Source of the DNA: Candidatus Bathyarchaeota archaeon | GTDB taxonomy: Archaea; Thermoproteota; Bathyarchaeia; Bathyarchaeales; Bathycorpusculaceae | Direction: 5' to 3' | Assembly (NCBI GenBank): GCA_963806535.1 | Contig: CAWDYC010000009.1 | Location: 121,190-185,189, forward strand | Length of the DNA: 64,000 bases | The notes under the pieces: generated by a model | What the model was told of the DNA's origin: nothing | The model's database searches: none | Seen by the model: the letters and a program-made list of their open reading frames with translations, nothing else | Part shown: piece after piece, positions 55,176 to 64,000 of the stretch | Layout of the letters: each line of letters starts with the position of its first letter | Position numbering within the stretch: the first letter of the stretch is position 1 | Program-made: the position numbers and the translations under genes

Positions 55176-55729
55176 ATGAATGAATTTGAAAATTACGTGA
55201 AAAAAGTCGGAGATTACCATGGACACGTATGCTTCGGCATCGCCATGGGAACAAAAATGACCTTAGCCGCAATGAAGCTATCTCGGCTTAGACCCAGCCG
55301 TCAAAAACAAGAACCTAATCGTATACGCCGAAATCGACCGCTGCATGACCGACGCAATACAGGTAATAAGCGGTTGCACGCTGGGTCATCGAACACTAAA
55401 ATATGTGGATTACGGTAAATTCGCCGCCACCTTTGTAAACCTCTCAACGTGGCAAAGCAATACGTGTCACTATTCGAGAAAGCTTTGAGATCAAAGGGTC
55501 TCCGGAAGAGGTGGTGGAAAAAATGGCTAACACTCCTGAGAGCCAAATTATTAACATTCAAAAAGTTGAGGTAAATATTCCAGAAACGGATTTGCCTGGC
55601 CTTCCGAAAAAAAGGGAGAATTGTTCAGTTTGCGGGGAAAGAATAATGGATGGTCGCGAAGTCTGCCGGGACAATAGAATTCTCTGCAGAGCTTGTGCCA
55701 AAGGCAAATACTATGTCGAGTCAAGTTAG
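55176..55729 (+). CDS. FmdE-family protein (frameshifted)
   Basis: HGHVCFG, EIDRCMTDAIQ (alternate frame) and CSVCGE..CRAC. Confidence 0.8.
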
Positions 55730-55780
55730 AGAAAAAAACGTCTTACGCTGGAAGACACCTTTAGATGCACAGGTGTTTCA

Positions 55781-56365
55781 ATGAACCCCACAATAGTTGA
55801 TATTGCAGTTGAGTTGCACGGTCATTTCGCTCCCGGCGTAGCTTTGGGTCTCAGAATGAGCGAGATTGCATTGTTGCGGCTAAACATGAATAAAGGCAAC
55901 AAAGCCCTTATTGGAATATGTGAGACAAATCGCTGTCTCCCTGATGCACTTCAGGTTGCTTCTGGTTGCACCCTTGGGCACAGCAACATCATTTTGGTAA
56001 ATTATGGAAAACTTGCCCTTACGCTAGCTAATGCAACAACCAAAGAAGGCATCCGCGTTGCACTTAAAGAAAACGCAAAAATGCATTCTGCACTAATGAA
56101 TAATTGGATGCTACGTCTTGGGAAGTTGACAAAGGAAGAAGAACATGACCTCAGCACTAAACTGTTGGAAATGGAAGAAAAATATTTTTCAATTCAAAGC
56201 GTTCGTATAGATAAAATGCAGACGCCGAGCTTTGAAAACAGCAAAATCACAGCATGTTCGATGTGCAACGAGTTGATTCCTTCGAGTTTGGTAACTATCA
56301 TCGGGGAAAAGGTTTACTGCAAATCATGCTCCGGCGAATCATATTACACATTAGTAAAAAGATGA
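55781..56365 (+). CDS. FmdE-family protein
   Basis: HGHFAPG, ETNRCLPDALQVASGCT, YGKLAL and CSMCNE..CKSC. Confidence 0.85.
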   Translation: MNPTIVDIAVELHGHFAPGVALGLRMSEIALLRLNMNKGNKALIGICETNRCLPDALQVASGCTLGHSNIILVNYGKLALTLANATTKEGIRVALKENAKMHSALMNNWMLRLGKLTKEEEHDLSTKLLEMEEKYFSIQSVRIDKMQTPSFENSKITACSMCNELIPSSLVTIIGEKVYCKSCSGESYYTLVKR

Positions 56366-57180
56366 AGGATGGTAAAATTATGCCTGAACGAATTGTTGAA
56401 GAAGCATTGAAGCGAATTAAAACTCTCATACCTGACCTTGATAAAATAGTGGTCGACCAAGTTGTTCTCGGCTTGGGGTATACGGGTGTGCGATTAAGCA
56501 GTGGGCATGCAGGTCTTTGCTACACTTTCCAAACAGAAATCGCGCAAGCCACAGCTCACTGCCAAGTTTCAGATTTAGCTGGAACCATGGCAGGCACTTC
56601 GGCTTTTAAGTTGGCTGAAAAAGCAAAATCATGGGATATCAGCGAAAGCGTAGTTGGCTTTGCCACGCTAAACGCCTTATCCCAAATCGTTATTGAAAAC
56701 AACCCCGAAAAATACGAAATCCTAACTGGAGACATACTCCAGTACATACCGCTAACAAAAACAGACGTTGTCGCCCTGGTCGGTTACATCCAACCCTTCG
56801 TTAACCCCATCCGGGCGAAAACAAAAAAGCTATACATTCTTGAGCGAACCCCAGCAAGGCGTGATGAAGGGGTTCTTCCAGACACCGCATGCGACCAGAT
56901 TTTGCCCCTATGTGACGTCGTCCTGATTACTGGGACAGCCATCGCTAACGGTACAATAGACCATTTGCTTGAGCTCCCGTCAAAAGCTCGCCAAGTTGTC
57001 ATCATCGGCGCTTCAGCAGGCATTTTGCCGGATGTATTGTTTGAGCGTGGCGTTACAGCCGTGGGCGGAGTGAAGGTTTTGGACGCTGCCAAGATGATGC
57101 AAGTCATCTCCGAAGGCGGAGGAACACCAGCCCTAAAATCAGCAGTCCAATTCATAAGCATCAAACCAAGGAGTAAGTGA
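56362..57180 (+). CDS. DUF364/DUF4213 Rossmann-like putative metal-chelation protein
   Basis: GLGYTGV, ATLNALSQ, VALVGY and DVVLITGTAIANGT. Confidence 0.8.
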   Translation: MKDGKIMPERIVEEALKRIKTLIPDLDKIVVDQVVLGLGYTGVRLSSGHAGLCYTFQTEIAQATAHCQVSDLAGTMAGTSAFKLAEKAKSWDISESVVGFATLNALSQIVIENNPEKYEILTGDILQYIPLTKTDVVALVGYIQPFVNPIRAKTKKLYILERTPARRDEGVLPDTACDQILPLCDVVLITGTAIANGTIDHLLELPSKARQVVIIGASAGILPDVLFERGVTAVGGVKVLDAAKMMQVISEGGGTPALKSAVQFISIKPRSK

Positions 57181-57184
57181 TAAC

Positions 57185-57968
57185 ATGAAAATTTTAATAT
57201 GCGGCAAAGGCGGCAGTGGAAAAAGCACCATTGCCTCTCTTTTAGCCAAAAGACTTGGAAACCGAAGGCTATCGTGTCCTAGTTGTAGACGCTGACGAAT
57301 CAAACTATGGTCTCAGCGCGCAATTAGGCCTTGCAGACCCCAAGGAGCTCATGGAGCAAATCGGCGGAAAAAATGACTGTGAAGAGCAAAATGGGAGTCG
57401 TTCGTGATGGTCACAAAGCGCCCGTATTCAATGAATTATGGCGTATTGAGGATATACCGCTTGAATGCCTCTCCAAAAAAGGCAGCTTATACCTGTTGCA
57501 GATTGGAAAAGTCAAGCATTACGGAGAAGGCTGCGCCTGCCCAATGGGTGTTCTCTCTAAAGACTTTCTCAAGCCACCTAACCTTGGCTCCAAAAGATGT
57601 CGCTATTATTGACACTGAAGCAGGCGTAGAACATTTAGGCAGAGGCGTAGCCGACAGCGTGGACCTTATCCTCGGCATTATTGATCCCTCATATGAGTCG
57701 ATTAAGCTGTCCGAAAAAATATCTGCCATGGCAAAAGAAAGCAAAAAACCCATACACTTCATCATCAACAAAGCAGAGGGAACCATTGCAGATAAAATCA
57801 TCGCTAAAGTTGGTAAAAAACAAGTTATCGGAGTCATAGCTTTCAGCCCATTTGTACAGGAAAAGGGTCTAACTCGGCGAAGCACTTGATGCCACCTCAC
57901 TCGATATCGCAGCCATCACCAGCTTTATCCTCCACACTTTAAACGAAAAGCAAACCCCTGCTTTTTGA
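57185..57968 (+). CDS. cooC: CooC/AcsF-type nickel-insertion ATPase (frameshifted)
   Basis: GKGGSGKST, VDAD, GEGCACPM CxC and IDTEAGVEHLGRG. Confidence 0.85.
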
Positions 57969-57978
57969 GGCTGAAACG

Positions 57979-58530
57979 ATGGAAAAACGTGACGAAATCG
58001 CCAAATTCTTGATGTCTGATGCAAGAAAGAATGGGCAAAACCCAGAAATAATCCTAAAAAGCCTCAGCGTCAAGAAAGGGATGACTTTGGCTGACTTGGG
58101 CTGTGGACCAGGCTTCTTCACCATACCGCTGGCTGAGCTGACTGGCGAAACAGGACTCGTGTATGCTGTTGATAGCGACCCGACTATGCTGCACTATCTG
58201 CGAGAAAACATCTTTAGATCAAACTTTGGGCATATAATAAAAATCATAAGTGGTGATGTTAGTCATACAGATATTCCAGCAAAATCTGTTGAAATTGCCT
58301 TCTTTGCAAATATGTTACATGACATTGAGGATAGGAAAGCATTCTTTGAAGAAGTTAAACGCATATGCAAACCCACAGCGGATGTGGTTGATGTTGATTG
58401 GAAGAAGACTCAAACAGAACGAGGTCCGCCGTTAAATATTCGTCTAAATGAAGAAGATGCAACACATATCCTGATTGAAAACGGGTTCACGGTTATAAGT
58501 AAGATTGATGCTGGACCTACACATTTATGA
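57979..58530 (+). CDS. Class I SAM-dependent methyltransferase
   Basis: LADLGCGPG, VYAVD and DWKK..GPP. Confidence 0.85.
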   Translation: MEKRDEIAKFLMSDARKNGQNPEIILKSLSVKKGMTLADLGCGPGFFTIPLAELTGETGLVYAVDSDPTMLHYLRENIFRSNFGHIIKIISGDVSHTDIPAKSVEIAFFANMLHDIEDRKAFFEEVKRICKPTADVVDVDWKKTQTERGPPLNIRLNEEDATHILIENGFTVISKIDAGPTHL

Positions 58531-58596
58531 GTTGATTGCCAACTTAAATAGACCTTATCCTGTGAAAAAGTTAATGAAAAAAGTTGGTCGGCACAC

Positions 58597-59022
58597 ATGA
58601 AAGGTGAACTCCGTTTCATCGGAACTGTAGAGAATGCAGGGCCAAACGAGGCTAAAGTACGAATTTTCCCTCAATTCTGCTCTGGGCTTAGGGGCATAGA
58701 CGATTTTTCTCAAATCATAATTCTCTACTGGATTCACCTACGTGACAATGAAGACGAAAGAAACACCCTCCAAGTGACCCCTAGGAGGTACGCTAACGCG
58801 CCAGAAGTAGGAGTTTTCGCTTGCCGAAGTCCCACTCGGCCCAACCCTATCGGGTTATGCGTGTTGGAGCTTCTAAAGATCGATGATTGCGTCTTATCCG
58901 TCAAAGGGCTAGACGCGATTGAGGGGTCTCCCGTAATAGACATCAAGCCATATTTTTCTAGGATCGACTCTGTTCCGAGCGCTCGCGTTCCCGCATGGGC
59001 ATTACAGGGGCCTTCAAAATAG
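58597..59022 (+). CDS. tsaA: TsaA/TrmO (YaeB-family) SAM-binding protein
   Basis: GVFACRSPTRPNPIG and GLDAIEGSPVIDIKPY. Confidence 0.85.
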   Translation: MKGELRFIGTVENAGPNEAKVRIFPQFCSGLRGIDDFSQIIILYWIHLRDNEDERNTLQVTPRRYANAPEVGVFACRSPTRPNPIGLCVLELLKIDDCVLSVKGLDAIEGSPVIDIKPYFSRIDSVPSARVPAWALQGPSK

Positions 59023-59314
59023 TGGATTTGCACGTTGAGGTCTTTTCTGATTCCAGCAAGCGTCTACAGTAAAACTGTTAATGACCAGTGCCAGCCTATT
59101 TGTTCAGCTAACTGCTCGCCAACTCCTTGAAAAAATGATTGGGTAAAGAACCATGAAAAAAGTTAAAAAGGTTCTGAACCCATTTCAGAGCGTGTAAAAA
59201 CTAAAATCGAGCTCATAAAATTGCTTCAAATTTTATATTGAACTGTTATTCAAGCGGATAATATTTGCATAAAGCTAGCACCTTTCTAAACCAAAATTAG
59301 TTTTACGCCACCTC

Positions 59315-59342
59315 ATTTGGGTCCAAGACCCAGCGGCCACCA
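59315..59342 (+). repeat. tRNA-3'-end-like repeat, copy 3
   Basis: ATTTGGGTCCAAGACCCAGCGGCCACCA, 19/22 identical to copy 2 in direct orientation. Confidence 0.65.
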
Positions 59343-59543
59343 ATTTAAGTAAGAAAAAGTACTGTTTTCTTCTCTTTTTAGAATTCTAGGTCATACGCAG
59401 GTCCGACGGTTACCGCCCCGGTGCACGCGCCTTTTATGCTATTTTCCCTCTTTTTATAAGTTTAATCAAAAAACGATACCCTAAAGGCGATGCAATTTAG
59501 GAAGTATTTATTTCTGCAAAATAAGAACAGCCCATTTTCAATA

Positions 59544-60287
59544 TTACCTTAGAGTTCTCTTAAGAATAAATCTCGATGCTGCGAAAAAGATTATCGTGAA
59601 TACTATCAAGGCTGCTACATCGGCAGCAAGGGCTTGACCAATTAGTTGTCCTGTTGTCGCCTGCTGAAGCATATTAACGGCATACGTAATTGGAAGCAGG
59701 TAGGATATGACCTGAAGAAAGCCGGGCATCGCAGCTATTGGAATGAATACACCGCCGAGAAAAACCATTGCTACGCGGATAAGAGTTGCTGGAGGCATAG
59801 CTTGGGGGACATCTCGAAATGGTGTCGAGAGGCACACGCCCAAAGCTGAAAATGCCAAAGCTGATAATACAACTCCTATTGCAAAGAGAAACGGGTTTGC
59901 AATTGTAGCTCCAGGGAGCAACAGCGCAATCAGCATATATGCTATCGACAGAAATACTCCAAAGAAAAAGCCACCTAATGCCTTGCCAACTACTATTGTA
60001 GTCAACGAGATAGGAGCGGCAAGTAGCCTGTCAAAAGTGCCTTTAGCCCTCTCTAAAGGCAACGCGATTGATTCAATTGCTCCTGCACCAAATAGTGAGG
60101 ACATAGCCACAAGCCCCGGTATGATTAGAGAAGTCTCGGCGGTTCTTCCAACTGAAAAAGCGATATAAATTATCCCTGGGAAGAGGAGCCCAAACGTAAT
60201 GTTTGGTCCCTTGAAGAAGTATATTTTGGCGTCTTTTTGGGCTATGTTAACTGCCTTCGAAACGTTCTGTCTTAGTGCTTCAATCAA
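59544..60287 (-). CDS. ABC-2 type exporter permease
   Basis: Six TM helices, ERAKGTFDRLLAAP and LPITYAV. Confidence 0.9.
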   Translation of the reverse strand: MIEALRQNVSKAVNIAQKDAKIYFFKGPNITFGLLFPGIIYIAFSVGRTAETSLIIPGLVAMSSLFGAGAIESIALPLERAKGTFDRLLAAPISLTTIVVGKALGGFFFGVFLSIAYMLIALLLPGATIANPFLFAIGVVLSALAFSALGVCLSTPFRDVPQAMPPATLIRVAMVFLGGVFIPIAAMPGFLQVISYLLPITYAVNMLQQATTGQLIGQALAADVAALIVFTIIFFAASRFILKRTLR

Positions 60288-60293
60288 GGTTCT

Positions 60294-61264
60294 TCACGCT
60301 TTCTTCTTAGTGGTTTCGGTCTCTGCTGTCATGACTTCTGAGCTTAAACCCGTGAGCTTGACAAAAGCGTCTTCTAAGCTTGGCTTTAACGTGTTGATCG
60401 ATATGATCTTCAAATTGTTTTGCCTAGCGAAATCCACAAGAGAAGGCACTGCTTGGGAAGCGTCATCTACTTGGAGCTTACACTTGTCACCGAGAACTGA
60501 AAACTCGCTTACACAGCTTAAACTTTTAAGCTTCTCTTCTAAATCACGGGTGATGCTGAAGGAAACTTCGATGGTTTGGCGTTTCTCGGTTGATGCTTTG
60601 AGTTTTTCTGGATTATCTACGGTTACTATTTTTCCTTTGTTGATTATGGCGATGCGTTGGCAGAGCTGGTCTGCCTCCTCGATATAGTGTGTTGTAAGGA
60701 AGATTGTTACGCCGTCGCTGTTCAGTTCTTTTATGAGAACTCGAATCATTCTTAGGCTTTGAACGTCAAGGCCGGTAGTTGGCTCGTCGAGAAATAGCAG
60801 CTTTGGTTTATGAATTAGAGCTGCAGCTATTGTTATGCGTCTTTTCATGCCCTTCGAGAAACCAGCTAAGCGGTCTTTGCGACGTTCATACAGCCCAAAG
60901 AGTTCTAGAAGTTTCTTTCGCTCTTTTTTCTCGCTCAATTCTTGGTACGCTGTAAAGCTTGGCTGCAAAAATGAGGTTATCCCATGCGTTCATTTCTTCG
61001 TAGACGTTTGAAGAATCAGGAACAACTCCAATCTGCTGCTTTGCCTTGGTGGAATCATGGATAATATCATGATTAGCTATGGTGGCGGACCCTGACGTAG
61101 GTGCTAATTGTCCAGTCAGCATACGGATAGTCGTAGTTTCCCTGCACCGTTAGGGCCTGTAGCCCGAAAATTTCGCCTTCAAACACTTCCAACTCCAAAT
61201 GGTCAACGGCCAAAATGTTGGCGTATTGCTTAGTTAAGTCTAGAGCTTTTACTATAGAGTTCAT
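60294..61264 (-). CDS. ABC exporter ATPase, DrrA-like (frameshifted)
   Basis: AVDHL..GEIFG, FSKGMKRR, LFLDEPTTGLD and TTHYIEEA. Confidence 0.9.
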
Positions 61265-61428
61265 TCTAATACTCTTGTCGTGTTACGTCTCTAAAAATGC
61301 TTCCTTGGCTATTTCCCTATTAAACTTGTAAATTTGCTTATTTGACGATTAAAATACTTGACTTGAAGTTTCAAGCTATCTGGGCAAGATTACACCGATT
61401 TTTGGGGAATTTTTGCGAGTGTTTCTCT

Positions 61429-61457
61429 TTAGCGCTCGATACTTGAACGAGCGCTAA
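61429..61457. promoter_or_regulatory. Perfect 10-bp inverted repeat between the divergent ABC and katG genes
   Basis: TTAGCGCTCG-N9-CGAGCGCTAA. Confidence 0.4.
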
Positions 61458-61729
61458 TTCTAGCTATTTTTGGTTTCGCCATAAGCCTGAAGTTGAGAGT
61501 TCTGTAGTTGCAATCATTTGGAGCATAGAGTTAACAATCGACGCCTTTCGATTGAGATACTGTCAAAAAGGGATACTATCCCCAATCTACCGGTAAAAAC
61601 TATCGGGACAAGTTGGACCTGCTTAATCTCGCTCTACCATGCCCTCTGTTCGACTGATTTTTTTGGCATCTCGATTTGGCGCGAGCTTGCCTATCGTATA
61701 TTTTATCCAAATTAGTGAAACTTGCTTAA

Positions 61730-63957
<2,228 letters not shown>

Positions 63958-64000
63958 TAAGTCTTCTAAGGGCCGACAAAATGGTTAAGCCACCCAGCGC

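Overview
Archaeal chromosomal window (aIF-1A, aIF-2beta, RIO1, KH/Dim2, archaeal pilus genes). Gene style suggests Bathyarchaeia, which is an inference. Many genes, including housekeeping ones, are split by single-base indels, so the assembly probably has uncorrected long-read errors. From left to right it holds: a Grs/Gms-like B12 radical SAM gene and tRNA-Asn; MFS, glmU, glmM and a PfkB kinase; a complete type IV pilus-like locus (ATPase, TadC/FlaJ, five pilin-like genes including a ~1380-aa adhesin, a PEF-CTERM-like surface protein, prepilin peptidase); class II HMG-CoA reductase; a ribosome-biogenesis cluster; lysine 2,3-aminomutase coupled to an EctA-type acetyltransferase; sdhAB plus an aspartase/fumarase-family gene; aIF-2beta, DUF373 and uppS. 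An accessory region follows, with tRNA-derived repeats, a miniature IS1182, a Tfx/3xFmdE/metal-ABC/DUF364/CooC island, an ABC-2 exporter and katG. The most unusual signal is at 39508-40020. Three tandem ~180-200 bp modules each combine a conserved ~70 bp block with a 10-bp-phased array, and each array uses a different core motif. They sit directly upstream of a tandem-AbrB (MraZ-like) gene. The second highlight is the ablA plus ectA-like pair, a probable non-canonical route to N-epsilon-acetyl-beta-lysine. All protein calls come from motif recognition, with no database searches run.
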